Virus record (IMG/VR): IMGVR_UViG_3300032294_001984 | Coordinates: 3,967 to 67,966 of that record | Direction: 5' to 3' (one strand) | From: a virus | DNA length: 64,000 bases | Shown here: positions 37,615 through 47,819 of the stretch, one piece after another | Layout: each line of letters opens with the position of its first letter | Numbering within the stretch: position 1 is the first letter of the stretch | Position numbers and translations under genes: made by a program | The notes under the pieces: generated by a model | The model's database searches: none | What the model was told of the DNA's origin: nothing | Seen by the model: the letters and a program-made list of their open reading frames with translations, nothing else

Positions 37615-38420
37615 TATTCATTTTCAACTTGATAATTTATGTTTCTATCTTCTACAAAGAAAAATTCTTTTTTTGCTGTTTGAACCCAAAATTTAACTTC
37701 ATCTTCTAACATTTTGGTTTCACCATGTTTATAATTCCAAAATATTGACCCTTCTCTCATATTAGTATGTTTATACCCAAGTTTAGGTATTGACATAATA
37801 TGAACCGAATTATAAGTTAATCTTAGTAAAAACTCATAAACAAAAGTTAATTTAATTGAAGGTTTAAAACCGCCGAAATCCTCAATAACTTGTTTTTTAA
37901 TTACCGCACCTGCAGTTTGGAAATTTTGATAGTCTTGTAATGTTTCATTAGTTAGTACTCCCATTTCTTGACTGAAGTTAGCAGCAAATGTTGCTTCGTT
38001 AGTAAACCCTGCAAATACTCCTTTCTCATCGGTTTCAACGACAACCGGTAAAAATACTTTAGATTCAGGATATGATTCGATATATTTTTTAACATTTTTA
38101 AACCAAATTGAGGAATATTCATCGTCAAATTCAAAAAGTGATATCCACTCACCTTTAGCCTTTTTAATTCCGTAATTAACCTGTTCAGCGTAACTAGGTT
38201 CTTTATCCCATAATAATTTAACAACGTTTAATGAACCAAAATCGTAGTTGTTTAAAAATTCGATTAACGATTCTTCAGATGTGTGGACAATAACTAATTC
38301 CTCAACACCTACTGATTGATTATTGATTGATGTTATTGCTTTTTCAAAATATTCATTAAAATCTCTAGATTTAGACGATTTTATCGGTAATATAATTGAT
38401 ATTGATAATTTATTTTCCAT
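37614..38420 (-). CDS. Glycosyltransferase family 2
   Basis: ISIILPI...NYGIKKAKGEWISLFEFDD. Confidence 0.8.
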   Translation of the reverse strand: MENKLSISIILPIKSSKSRDFNEYFEKAITSINNQSVGVEELVIVHTSEESLIEFLNNYDFGSLNVVKLLWDKEPSYAEQVNYGIKKAKGEWISLFEFDDEYSSIWFKNVKKYIESYPESKVFLPVVVETDEKGVFAGFTNEATFAANFSQEMGVLTNETLQDYQNFQTAGAVIKKQVIEDFGGFKPSIKLTFVYEFLLRLTYNSVHIMSIPKLGYKHTNMREGSIFWNYKHGETKMLEDEVKFWVQTAKKEFFFVEDRNINYQVENE

Positions 38421-38421
38421 A

Positions 38422-39474
38422 TTATTCTTCAGTTTTAGATATTTGTTGTTCGAATGAGTCAGCTCTTGTATTTAAGTAATTTTCAAATAATGAAATAACA
38501 CTAGTGTCAAATTCTTGTTTATTAGTGTAAGATTCTACCGTCTTCTTCATATTATCATAAAGTTCAGGTTTAATATTATCCTCTAACCAATTTTGAATAA
38601 AGTCGGCAATGAAATCACACATCATTGGTTTATTTGTTACCCATATCCCATTATCTTCGTTCATCCATTCAGGTTGAATGTAAGGAACTTTCCCAATAAC
38701 AGGAACTCCTGATGCCATAGACTCTAATGGAAAAGTCCCAAAACCACTTTCATCGTCAATCCAAACACTCATAAAACATTCTCTTAATGAATTACCAAAT
38801 TCTTTTTCTGAAAGACCTCTTAAGTCTCTAAAAGTGAACCATCTATATTGAGGGAATTTAAGGTAGAATGTTTTAATTATGTTAATCGTATCTGATTGGT
38901 CTTTAGTGTGAATGCCAATAATTGGCATCGGTGGAAGATTCTTAGGATAAAAATTATCAGTTATTAAAGGTTTGATTATGTCAAAAGACGATTGTCTCAT
39001 TACTGTCTCAATATACTCTTGTTGTTTTGTTGTTGTAGTTAAACATTTGAAAACACCATATTGAGCCCAATTTTGACCAGGTTGTAATGTCTCAACAATA
39101 TGATTATAGTTTTGGGTTAAAACAATTTTACCACAAGGTAAATTTTTAATTTGTTCCATAACATAACCAAATACCTCAGGAATGATTATGAAATCTTCCG
39201 GTGAAATTTCCAAATTTTGACCTTCAATTGATTTGTGAGGTATTGACATATATTCCTCATCTAACCAAGCAATAACACCTGAATATTCTTTTTTCTCGTG
39301 GAGAATTATAGGGTTAAACCCTGCATCTAATAGCGATTTCGCCATTTGATAAATTAATCTAACAGAAGCTTTAGCATTTCCTTTGGTGTCTTGAATAAGA
39401 AAATAAATTCTTGATTGTTTTTCCCTTAGGTTCTGTATCGATTTTTTTACTTTTTCATTTAATGATGTATCCAT
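38422..39474 (-). CDS. GT-B (GT4-like) glycosyltransferase
   Basis: ESGFGTFPLESMASGVPVIG motif. Confidence 0.8.
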   Translation of the reverse strand: MDTSLNEKVKKSIQNLREKQSRIYFLIQDTKGNAKASVRLIYQMAKSLLDAGFNPIILHEKKEYSGVIAWLDEEYMSIPHKSIEGQNLEISPEDFIIIPEVFGYVMEQIKNLPCGKIVLTQNYNHIVETLQPGQNWAQYGVFKCLTTTTKQQEYIETVMRQSSFDIIKPLITDNFYPKNLPPMPIIGIHTKDQSDTINIIKTFYLKFPQYRWFTFRDLRGLSEKEFGNSLRECFMSVWIDDESGFGTFPLESMASGVPVIGKVPYIQPEWMNEDNGIWVTNKPMMCDFIADFIQNWLEDNIKPELYDNMKKTVESYTNKQEFDTSVISLFENYLNTRADSFEQQISKTEE

Positions 39475-39475
39475 T

Positions 39476-39766
39476 TTAATATCGATTTATAAGTTTTTTA
39501 TTTAATAAGCTGTTGAATGCAATTCTAAAAGGTATGCTGGTATTACCTCCTGATTTTGAACTTGAGTTCAAAATTTTATCGTCAATGTCATTATGTTCAG
39601 TTAAAATAGTGTCAAATAACATTTTTACCATTTCAAATTTTAACATATTAATTTTTACTTCTGTTTCACCAGAAGATACATTTTCGAAATTTTGGTCTGA
39701 CATGTCCAAATATTCCTCCACTTTATCTAAATCAATAAAGTAGTTTTCACCTAATACTTCAATCAT
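39476..39766 (-). CDS. Hypothetical protein
   Basis: 96-aa ORF within the operon. Confidence 0.7.
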   Translation of the reverse strand: MIEVLGENYFIDLDKVEEYLDMSDQNFENVSSGETEVKINMLKFEMVKMLFDTILTEHNDIDDKILNSSSKSGGNTSIPFRIAFNSLLNKKLINRY

Positions 39767-40353
39767 AGTTCTTTTATTTTATTTTGTAATTCCTTTAATT
39801 TTGTTATTGAATGTTCTACATCAATTTCTTGATTATATGATGTTTCATATTTAATAACAACTTTATCTTTAGGATGGTTTAATAATAAGTTAGGATTTGC
39901 GGTAAGTAAAACATCTATTGATTCCCACATTGAATTTATTGTTGATTCACTATAAAATTTAACTGTTTCAACAAGACAACCAAATTTTGATATGAAAAAT
40001 AATGAAGCTGGTTTTGATTTACCCATTTCATCGGAAACTATCAGAATATCATGATTATCTCTCGTATCTAAATAAAAATCATTAAAGTCCATCATACTTG
40101 AAGTTTCTACTGAACCTGCGTGACCAAAAATTTCCATAGTGTGCTCCTTGTATAAAAAATTGTACAATTCATCTTCATCTTTAAACTTAAGATGTTTTGA
40201 AATATCTAAAGTTGTTAAATCAGAAATTACTTCGTAATCAGATTTTTCTTCGTCTTCTTTGAATGGGTTTTCTAAATACCACTTCTCATACTCTTGTTGT
40301 ATTTTTTTTAAGGTATCTCGTAATACTCCATTTAATTCTATTGCGATTCTCAT
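39763..40353 (-). CDS. HAD-fold 5'-nucleotidase-like protein with a degenerate catalytic motif
   Basis: MRIAIELNGVLRD, where canonical IDxDGVL would be expected. Confidence 0.6.
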   Translation of the reverse strand: MRIAIELNGVLRDTLKKIQQEYEKWYLENPFKEDEEKSDYEVISDLTTLDISKHLKFKDEDELYNFLYKEHTMEIFGHAGSVETSSMMDFNDFYLDTRDNHDILIVSDEMGKSKPASLFFISKFGCLVETVKFYSESTINSMWESIDVLLTANPNLLLNHPKDKVVIKYETSYNQEIDVEHSITKLKELQNKIKEL

Positions 40354-41099
40354 TCCGTTTCGTTATCGTATTTTTGTAAAATTTTACTAATTAAAGGATT
40401 TCTAACAATATCATTTCTGTCTTTAAACTCAAAAGTTGAGACGTATTCATCATTTCTAAACTTTTCCATTGCGTCCCATAACCCACTATGAGTTTTATTT
40501 TTATATCTATCGGATTGTTCAACATCTCCTGATATGAAAAATTTACTATTAAACCCTATTCTTGTCAATAGTAGTTTCATTTGACTTGGAGTGGCATTTT
40601 GACCTTCCTCAAAAATTAAAATTGAATTGTCAATATTCATCCCTCTCATAAATGCCAAAGCAAATACTTCGATAACCTCAATTTCTTTTAATTTTTCTCT
40701 ATTCTCTTTACCGATTATTTTGTTTAATAAGTAATAAGATGGAAAAATATACGGGTCTAATTTTTCTTCAACATTTCCGGGTAAACTACCTAATTTTTCT
40801 TCAGCTTCTACTGCCGGTCTAACTATAATAATTTTTTCATATGGGGTGGTTGGGTCTGCAAGTAAATCTACCGCAGCTTTCATTGTTATGTAACTTTTTC
40901 CAACCCCTGCAGGTCCAGAACATATTGTAATTTCACTCGAGATTAAAGTATCGTAATACTTCTTTTGATTTACGGTTAAAAATTTTTCTTTAGTTTTTTT
41001 CTTTAGAATTGTACAGATTAATTCTTTTCTTGTTTTAGTATTTACCTCTTGTCCTGTGGTTACAGTTGAAGATGGTCTTTTAGCTCTAGGATTCCCCAT
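40350..41099 (-). CDS. phoH: PhoH-family ATPase
   Basis: GPAGVGKS, RPAVE, LGSLPG, MRG, LLTRIG, GDVEQSD and DIVRN. Confidence 0.93.
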   Translation of the reverse strand: MGNPRAKRPSSTVTTGQEVNTKTRKELICTILKKKTKEKFLTVNQKKYYDTLISSEITICSGPAGVGKSYITMKAAVDLLADPTTPYEKIIIVRPAVEAEEKLGSLPGNVEEKLDPYIFPSYYLLNKIIGKENREKLKEIEVIEVFALAFMRGMNIDNSILIFEEGQNATPSQMKLLLTRIGFNSKFFISGDVEQSDRYKNKTHSGLWDAMEKFRNDEYVSTFEFKDRNDIVRNPLISKILQKYDNETE

Positions 41100-41116
41100 T
41101 TAAAATTTTTTTAAGT

Positions 41117-41500
41117 TTATTGATAATTAACATAATCTTTCTGTTCTTGCATTTCAGAATTAGTTAATTGATTTATTGTATTTTTAATAGTAAACCTAAT
41201 ATCGTTATTTTTATATACTAATCTAGATAACTCAATAAATTTATTATCGAAAATTTTTTGAGATTCAATTATTCTTAATTCATCTTCAATTTTCCACAAT
41301 GTGGTATTAACATTAACTAGTTGGTGATATAAATCCAAAAGTTTTTCATCGTTTAAATATGAAGATGAAAAATTATATAACAATTCAAATTCTTTATTAA
41401 TAAACTCTAATTTAGAGTTATCAGATATCATAGTTTGTTTTATATGGAGGATTGATAATTTATCGATTAATTCTCCAACACTAACAGGAATTTGTATCAT
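41117..41500 (-). CDS. DUF6165-like protein
   Basis: From ATG41500: IPVSVGELIDKLSIL...LWKIEDELR...NDIRFTIK. Confidence 0.7.
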   Translation of the reverse strand: MIQIPVSVGELIDKLSILHIKQTMISDNSKLEFINKEFELLYNFSSSYLNDEKLLDLYHQLVNVNTTLWKIEDELRIIESQKIFDNKFIELSRLVYKNNDIRFTIKNTINQLTNSEMQEQKDYVNYQ

Positions 41501-41525
41501 ATAGTAATGCTCTTTAATGTTAATT

Positions 41526-42614
41526 TTATTGGTGATTATTATCAACTTGAGTTTTAATCCAATCAAATGTTTTTATAATACCTTCAGATAATAACATTTG
41601 TGGTTCCCAATTCATTTTTTCTTTATATAATTTATTATCTGAATTTCTACCTTTAACTCCAACAGGACATTTAAACCCATATTTATCTTTAAATTCGTCA
41701 CCCCCAATATTTTGTATTGTAATATTTTTACCTGACGCAATTATAGCTAGTCTTGCTAATTGATTAATCTCAACCATTTCCTCGGAACCAATATTAACAG
41801 GACCTATAAAATTATCTTGTTTCATAAATCGTAAAACCGATTCTACACAATCATCAATATATAAGAATGAACGGGTTTGTTTACCATCACCCCAAACTTC
41901 AATCTCACCTCCATCAGGTGTTTCTGCCGCCTTTCTACACATTGCTGCAGGTGATTTTTCTTTACCTCCTTTCCAAGTCCCCATTGGTCCAAAAATATTA
42001 TGGAATCTTGCAATTCTAACATTTAATCCATAGTTTCTATGAAATGATAAGAATAGTCTTTCAGAGAACAATTTTTCCCAGCCATATTCTGAATCAGGAT
42101 TTGCAGGATATGCCGAAGATTCTTCACAATTTGGGTTATTAGGGTCTAATTGATTATGTTCGGGGTACATACATGCCGATGAAGAATAGAACACTTTTTT
42201 AACACCAGTTTTAACACACTCTTTTGCAACGTTTAAGTTAATCATTGCTGAGTTATGCATAACATCCGCATCGTGTTCTCCCGTGAAAATATAACCAGCT
42301 CCTCCCATATCTGCGGCAAGTTGGTATACTTCATCAAACGGTATCAACTGAGAATAAGCTTGTCTAAGATATGAAAATGGTAATATTCGATTTTTTCTAA
42401 AATCATCTCCAAATTGTTCTAACCTAATAACCGCCTCCACATTTCTTGGGTCACGTAAATCATAAGTTAAGAATTCGTTACACATTTCCTCTTCGGTGAA
42501 ATATTCGTGTTTTTTAATATCCACAACTCTAACCCAATTACCCTCATCTTTTAATTTTTTTGCTAAGTGACCACCAATAAACCCGCCACCCCCAAGGACT
42601 AATATTTTTTTCAT
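41526..42614 (-). CDS. GDP-mannose 3,5-epimerase-like NAD-dependent epimerase
   Basis: GGGGFIG, LAADMGGAGYI, SSACMYP, YGWEK and GGKEKSPAAMCRK. Confidence 0.88.
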   Translation of the reverse strand: MKKILVLGGGGFIGGHLAKKLKDEGNWVRVVDIKKHEYFTEEEMCNEFLTYDLRDPRNVEAVIRLEQFGDDFRKNRILPFSYLRQAYSQLIPFDEVYQLAADMGGAGYIFTGEHDADVMHNSAMINLNVAKECVKTGVKKVFYSSSACMYPEHNQLDPNNPNCEESSAYPANPDSEYGWEKLFSERLFLSFHRNYGLNVRIARFHNIFGPMGTWKGGKEKSPAAMCRKAAETPDGGEIEVWGDGKQTRSFLYIDDCVESVLRFMKQDNFIGPVNIGSEEMVEINQLARLAIIASGKNITIQNIGGDEFKDKYGFKCPVGVKGRNSDNKLYKEKMNWEPQMLLSEGIIKTFDWIKTQVDNNHQ

Positions 42615-42631
42615 TTTGTAACTTGTATTTT

Positions 42632-43240
42632 TTATTTAACTTTTGTAAAAATAAAATCAACTCCAAAAGTTTTATGTTGTTTATAACCTTTAGATAATAA
42701 TAAATTTGTTAGTCTATCGTCATGATAATTATTCTCAACACAAATTACAGATATATCATAATAATCAAAATTTATTGTTTCCAATATTTTTAACTCAGAC
42801 CCTTCGGTATCTAAAGATAAAAAATCTATTTTTTTTTGTGTTATAACCGAATCAAACCTTTTTGATTCAACTGTAAGTGTTTCACTATTCCCACCATACG
42901 CGGAAATTTCGTGGTTAATTCTATTCACATGTCTTGGGTCGTAAGACTCAATTATTCCGCTTAACATATCTACTTGACCATCTATGGATAAAAAGTTTAC
43001 ATTATCGTTTTTATTCCATATTGCCAAATTATGTACTTGACATTTTCTATTATTTTTTAATTTCTCAAATAGTTTTGGGTGAGGTTCAAAACATATTCCG
43101 TCCCATCCCTTATCTTCCAAAAATTGTGTGTTATTACCGGTAACCCCGTCGTGAGCCCCAATATCAATAAAGTAACCATTATTTTTATTACCGCAAAGAC
43201 TAAATACTTCGTCCTCTAATCCATCATGAAATGAACTCAT
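42632..43240 (-). CDS. FkbM-family methyltransferase
   Basis: FIDIGAHDG, FEP and SLDTEGSE. Confidence 0.88.
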   Translation of the reverse strand: MSSFHDGLEDEVFSLCGNKNNGYFIDIGAHDGVTGNNTQFLEDKGWDGICFEPHPKLFEKLKNNRKCQVHNLAIWNKNDNVNFLSIDGQVDMLSGIIESYDPRHVNRINHEISAYGGNSETLTVESKRFDSVITQKKIDFLSLDTEGSELKILETINFDYYDISVICVENNYHDDRLTNLLLSKGYKQHKTFGVDFIFTKVK

Positions 43241-44324
43241 AATTATTTTTTTTTATTTCGTTTATTGTTATTTCTTCAATAAGATTATCCAAACTAATAG
43301 TTATTCCCGGCCATTCAGGATAATCTTTTTTAAATTTATTTAAATTTGTTACATAATAAATGTGGTCACCAATTCTGTTTTCATCTACAAAATCAAAATT
43401 TGTCCAATCAACCCATTTTGGGATATTTTTTTTACAAATACTATTAACTTTGTTGATGGCTTCTATAATAGATGTAGAATTTTCTATACCCCCTCCCGCA
43501 TTATATACTTCTCCTTTTTTTGGTGATAAATGGAAATGGTAAAACATATTTACCAAGTCCCAAGAATGAATATTATCCCTTACTTGTTTTCCTTTATAAC
43601 CATATATTGTGTATTTTTTGTTATTTACAATACATTTTATCAGATAAGATAAAAATCCATGTAGTTCCGCACCTGCATGCTCAGGACCAGTTAAACATCC
43701 TCCCCTAAAACAAACACTATTTATACCAAAATATTTTCCATATTCTTGAACTAAGATATCTGCAGATACTTTTGAAGCTCCAAACACAGAATGTAAACAA
43801 TTATCTATAGACATGCTTTCATCAATTGAATGGTTATATGCGTCATCTTTTAGAAAATACCTTGTATTACCTTCTTGAATGTCTAGTTTGTTAGGATTGT
43901 CACCATAAACTTTATTTGTTGATGTAAAAATAAATGTTGCGTCTTTCGAGTAAATTCTAGTTAGTTCCAATAAATTAATTGTACCGACGGCATTTATATG
44001 GAAATCTGTAAGTGGTTCTTTAGATGCCCAATCATGTGAAGGTTGAGCTGCCGTGTGAATTACGATTTCAATTTTATTATTGTAATTACTAAATATTTTT
44101 TTCATTTCCTCATAATCCCTAATATCAACATTATAATGTGTGAAATTTTTAGGGTATGATAATTTTAATTTTTCAGTGGTCATTTCGGTGGAACAATCTT
44201 TCCCAAAAAAATACTCTCTCATATGATTATCCAAACCTAAGACATGATAACCTTTAGAAATAAAAAAATTCACAGATTGGGAACCAATAAGACCCGAACA
44301 ACCTGTTATCAATACATACTTCAT
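43224..44324 (-). CDS. CDP-paratose 2-epimerase (RfbE)-like NAD-dependent epimerase
   Basis: GCSGLIG, HTAAQPSHD, STNKVYG and GKQVRDNIH. Confidence 0.8.
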   Translation of the reverse strand: MKYVLITGCSGLIGSQSVNFFISKGYHVLGLDNHMREYFFGKDCSTEMTTEKLKLSYPKNFTHYNVDIRDYEEMKKIFSNYNNKIEIVIHTAAQPSHDWASKEPLTDFHINAVGTINLLELTRIYSKDATFIFTSTNKVYGDNPNKLDIQEGNTRYFLKDDAYNHSIDESMSIDNCLHSVFGASKVSADILVQEYGKYFGINSVCFRGGCLTGPEHAGAELHGFLSYLIKCIVNNKKYTIYGYKGKQVRDNIHSWDLVNMFYHFHLSPKKGEVYNAGGGIENSTSIIEAINKVNSICKKNIPKWVDWTNFDFVDENRIGDHIYYVTNLNKFKKDYPEWPGITISLDNLIEEITINEIKKNNYEFIS

Positions 44325-45148
44325 AAACTTAATATTTGTTCATTTACTCTATCGTACCAGAAACCGTAGTTTTTACTGGCAATCTCGTAATTTTCTTTTA
44401 TTACCGCCAAACGAGAATAATAATCATCTTCCGTTAAATTATTTAATATTTCATTTAGCTCTTCTTTTGTTTCAAAAAAAATAATACCTTTTTTATTGAA
44501 AAAATTTGAAATGGTGGAAGTCCCCCAATATATTGGTAAAGTATAAGACATAAAACAATCGATAACCTTTTCACTAATATAGTTATGGTTTTTAGTGTTT
44601 TCAATAGCAATGTGAAACATTGAATTTTCAAAAAGTTGATATTTTAAATGACCCTCAATTGAGTATGGAAAAAATAAATTAAAATTTCTTTCTTTTTTAA
44701 TGATATCTTTTACGGCGTGCCTTAAATTGTGACCAGGTAAAAAATTTTTAGTACTCATAACGTGACTCAACTCAAATTTTTTTTCCGTTGAGAAAATATT
44801 ATAGTAGTCTTCTTTTAACGATACTGACTTTTTATCTTTATCCGTTAATATCCAACACGAAGCATACAAAAATAATTTTGAATTTTCACATACACCTAAC
44901 ACTTCATTGTATGAAGTTAATATTTTATCAAAGTAATTTTTATTTTGAATAATTTCATTGGTTATATCGTTTAGTTGTTTAGGTTCCATGCCATGTATTA
45001 GCAGTAACCTATCAAATTTTTTTCTATCGTTTTTTAGTTGAGAGCCAAAATATTGTTTTGGAGGGTCAATTATAATTTTTATATTTAAACCATCAATGTT
45101 TACAAATTTCTCACCCGAACAACCAAATTGTGAATAAGTTTCCGTCAT
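44321..45148 (-). CDS. GT10 (alpha-1,3-fucosyltransferase-like) glycosyltransferase
   Basis: FHIAIEN...YISEKVIDCF...PIYWG. Confidence 0.82.
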   Translation of the reverse strand: MTETYSQFGCSGEKFVNIDGLNIKIIIDPPKQYFGSQLKNDRKKFDRLLLIHGMEPKQLNDITNEIIQNKNYFDKILTSYNEVLGVCENSKLFLYASCWILTDKDKKSVSLKEDYYNIFSTEKKFELSHVMSTKNFLPGHNLRHAVKDIIKKERNFNLFFPYSIEGHLKYQLFENSMFHIAIENTKNHNYISEKVIDCFMSYTLPIYWGTSTISNFFNKKGIIFFETKEELNEILNNLTEDDYYSRLAVIKENYEIASKNYGFWYDRVNEQILSL

Positions 45149-45162
45149 ATTTTATTTTTATA

Positions 45163-45879
45163 CTAATCGTTTAAAAAAATATAGTTAATTTTATGGTAAA
45201 TTTCAGAAAATTTACGATTACGGAATCTGGCGTTGACCCCCCATTCTAAACATTCAAACCCTTGAGATTCTATATATGTTTTTAACATGTCAGGTGTTTC
45301 ATGATTTTCATATTGTCCGTTAGTATTTGTCTCAACATCAAGATAAACAACACGTTCACTTAAATAATTTTCCATACCTCTTACAATGTTAAAATCTGAT
45401 GATTGAGCGTCAATCTTAACTTGGTCGATGTATGGTATATTTTCCCAAGGAAATAAATTAAAAAAGTCCGATAGTTTAATTACAGATACTTTAGTGATTG
45501 AGTCAATATTGTGTGCCTTTGGTTTATATAAACTAGATGTACCGGGATTTTCATTATCAGTACAATAAAAATCAACATTTTCTTCGGTAATATCTGACAA
45601 CGCACAATTAACGTAGAAGAAAGATTTATTTATTTTTTCTAAATCTAACTTTATTGGCCAAGAATGGATACCGGTGTTTAAAATTTGTAAATTATAAATG
45701 TTTGGTTCAAACCCAAAAACACATAATTCATCATCTTCACTTAACCATTGTTGTGAATTAGGTGCATTTAAGGATGTTCCAATATCTAATTTAACTCTCT
45801 TTGCCCACGTAGGGATTTTTATTTTTTCGTTTTCAAGTATGTGTGAAAACAATTCATTTTTAATTTTTTCATTCATCAT
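45163..45879 (-). CDS. FkbM-family methyltransferase
   Basis: LDIG, FEPN and KIDAQSSD. Confidence 0.8.
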   Translation of the reverse strand: MMNEKIKNELFSHILENEKIKIPTWAKRVKLDIGTSLNAPNSQQWLSEDDELCVFGFEPNIYNLQILNTGIHSWPIKLDLEKINKSFFYVNCALSDITEENVDFYCTDNENPGTSSLYKPKAHNIDSITKVSVIKLSDFFNLFPWENIPYIDQVKIDAQSSDFNIVRGMENYLSERVVYLDVETNTNGQYENHETPDMLKTYIESQGFECLEWGVNARFRNRKFSEIYHKINYIFLND

Positions 45880-46447
45880 TTCTATATATATAAATAACAC
45901 CTTGTCCTACATTATCAGATTCATTATTATAATGATATCCGTATTTTTTTTCACCATAAATTTTGTCTAAAAAATTTTTCACATAGTTTAAATCCAAAAT
46001 CTTGTCACCATATTTATCAAATCCAAATTTAGGATTCCCATTTACATCCGGAACAAAAAAATCATGAATTACAATAACAGGTTTTATGTTTTTTTCGATA
46101 CAAACACTCAATTCATCGTGTACCGGCCAATAGTCGTACCAATGAGCGTCTAAAAATAAAATAGTATTATTATCTTCTTCTGTTAATATTTCTTTCAATA
46201 CTTCAGGTGAATTACCTAAGATAGGTTTAATATTAGTTAATTTTGATTTTGAAATATTCTCGACCGCAATAGTATAGTTTTCTTCTTGGGACTCAATTGT
46301 AATTACTTGAACTCCTAATTCTGCCAATCTTATAGTTGACCAACCATAATAAGTACCCGTCTCAATAATTTTATTAATATTAAATTTTGAAACTAGATTT
46401 TTAAATTCTTGGTAAACAAAGTTATCCTCCAATGCTCCTTGTTCCAT
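45869..46447 (-). CDS. Class I SAM-dependent methyltransferase
   Basis: IETGTYYGWST, FLDAH and IHD. Start at ATG46447. Confidence 0.8.
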   Translation of the reverse strand: MEQGALEDNFVYQEFKNLVSKFNINKIIETGTYYGWSTIRLAELGVQVITIESQEENYTIAVENISKSKLTNIKPILGNSPEVLKEILTEEDNNTILFLDAHWYDYWPVHDELSVCIEKNIKPVIVIHDFFVPDVNGNPKFGFDKYGDKILDLNYVKNFLDKIYGEKKYGYHYNNESDNVGQGVIYIYRNDE

Positions 46448-46448
46448 A

Positions 46449-47066
46449 TTAAAGACTACTATTATGTATGAAAGTATGGTTTTCGTCATTGGTTACGTAA
46501 GCCAAAGAGTAATCCATGTTTATCAACCAATCAATCACCTCTTGTACTGTTGTATTTCTAAGATGAAGAGCATGATTTAACTCAATTGTAATTATTGGTT
46601 TCAATGTTTGTAATGTTTTCACAGCACCTTTCAATAATTCAAAATCATATGAGTCAACATCAACTTTCATTAAATCTAATTTTTGGATATTATTTTGTTC
46701 ACAATATTTGTCGATTGTTATAAAATCATAAACCATTCTTTCAGATGACTGACCCCAAATTCTATAAATATCATCTTCAATTTGACCATCTTTCTCACCC
46801 AACGCAAGTTTATTTAATGTAGTATTTGTAATACCATAGTGGTTTATATTATTAACCAACATCTCAAATGTTGATGTAGGTTCAAAAGAGTGAACAGAGC
46901 CGGTCTCACATAATTCTGAAAATAATAAAGTGAAAAATCCTGTTTTAGCGCCACAATCAAAGACTGTCCAATCACTTTTTATAAGACTTCTAAATAAATC
47001 TGCAGTTGCTTTTTCATAATCTTGGTAATCATCACCAGGATATAGACTAATTTGTGTGTATTTCAT
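46449..47066 (-). CDS. FkbM-family methyltransferase
   Basis: FDCGAKTG, SFEP and KVDVDSYD. Confidence 0.85.
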   Translation of the reverse strand: MKYTQISLYPGDDYQDYEKATADLFRSLIKSDWTVFDCGAKTGFFTLLFSELCETGSVHSFEPTSTFEMLVNNINHYGITNTTLNKLALGEKDGQIEDDIYRIWGQSSERMVYDFITIDKYCEQNNIQKLDLMKVDVDSYDFELLKGAVKTLQTLKPIITIELNHALHLRNTTVQEVIDWLINMDYSLAYVTNDENHTFIHNSSL

Positions 47067-47805
47067 TTTTTTTAAAAATTGGTATTTGAGTTATTTTATG
47101 TTTATTTTGTTTATTTAATTTATGATATATATTGTATACCTCAACTTCTCTTTCATTTAGATTATCGAGGGGTCCGGTATAATCCATTATTTTTTCTAAT
47201 TCATCATAAGTCGCACCTATTTGGTCTTCATCATTACGATTATCTTCCCATAACCCATCGGTAGGTTTTGCAATAAGAATTTCATTAATAATTCCAAGTT
47301 CTTTAGACATATTAAAAACTTCACTTTTATTTAAATCCGCGATTGGTGATATATCAACTCCACCATCACCATATTTAGTAAAAAATCCTATCCCAAAATC
47401 CTCAATTTTATTACCAGTCCCAACAACAATTCCGTTATTAGTTGAAGATACTTGATATAATGCTGTCATCCTAAGTCTAGCCCTTGAGTTCGCCAAAGAT
47501 AATTCATTTCGTACCTCAAATAACTTCTCAAATGACTTAAATGTTTCGGTTAAATCATACTCATTCGATTCTACATTCTTAAAATTATCTTTTAACCATG
47601 CAATGTGGTTATTCGCTCTCTCAAGTTGAGTTTTATCTTGTAAGATTGGTAGACTTATTACAATAGTTTTAAGTCCGGTCATGGCACATAATGTTGAGGT
47701 TAATGCGGAATCCACTCCACCACTAACACCAACAACAAAGCATTTTAAATTATTTTTTACTAAATAATTTTTTAACCATTTACTAATTTCAACTTTTAAA
47801 TCCAT
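47047..47805 (-). CDS. nadE: NH3-dependent NAD+ synthetase
   Basis: GVSGGVDS, NSRARLRM, GTGNKIE, FFTKYGDG, PTDGL and DEDQIGATY. Confidence 0.92.
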   Translation of the reverse strand: MDLKVEISKWLKNYLVKNNLKCFVVGVSGGVDSALTSTLCAMTGLKTIVISLPILQDKTQLERANNHIAWLKDNFKNVESNEYDLTETFKSFEKLFEVRNELSLANSRARLRMTALYQVSSTNNGIVVGTGNKIEDFGIGFFTKYGDGGVDISPIADLNKSEVFNMSKELGIINEILIAKPTDGLWEDNRNDEDQIGATYDELEKIMDYTGPLDNLNEREVEVYNIYHKLNKQNKHKITQIPIFKKNEIHTN

Positions 47806-47819
47806 AACTTATATTTTAC

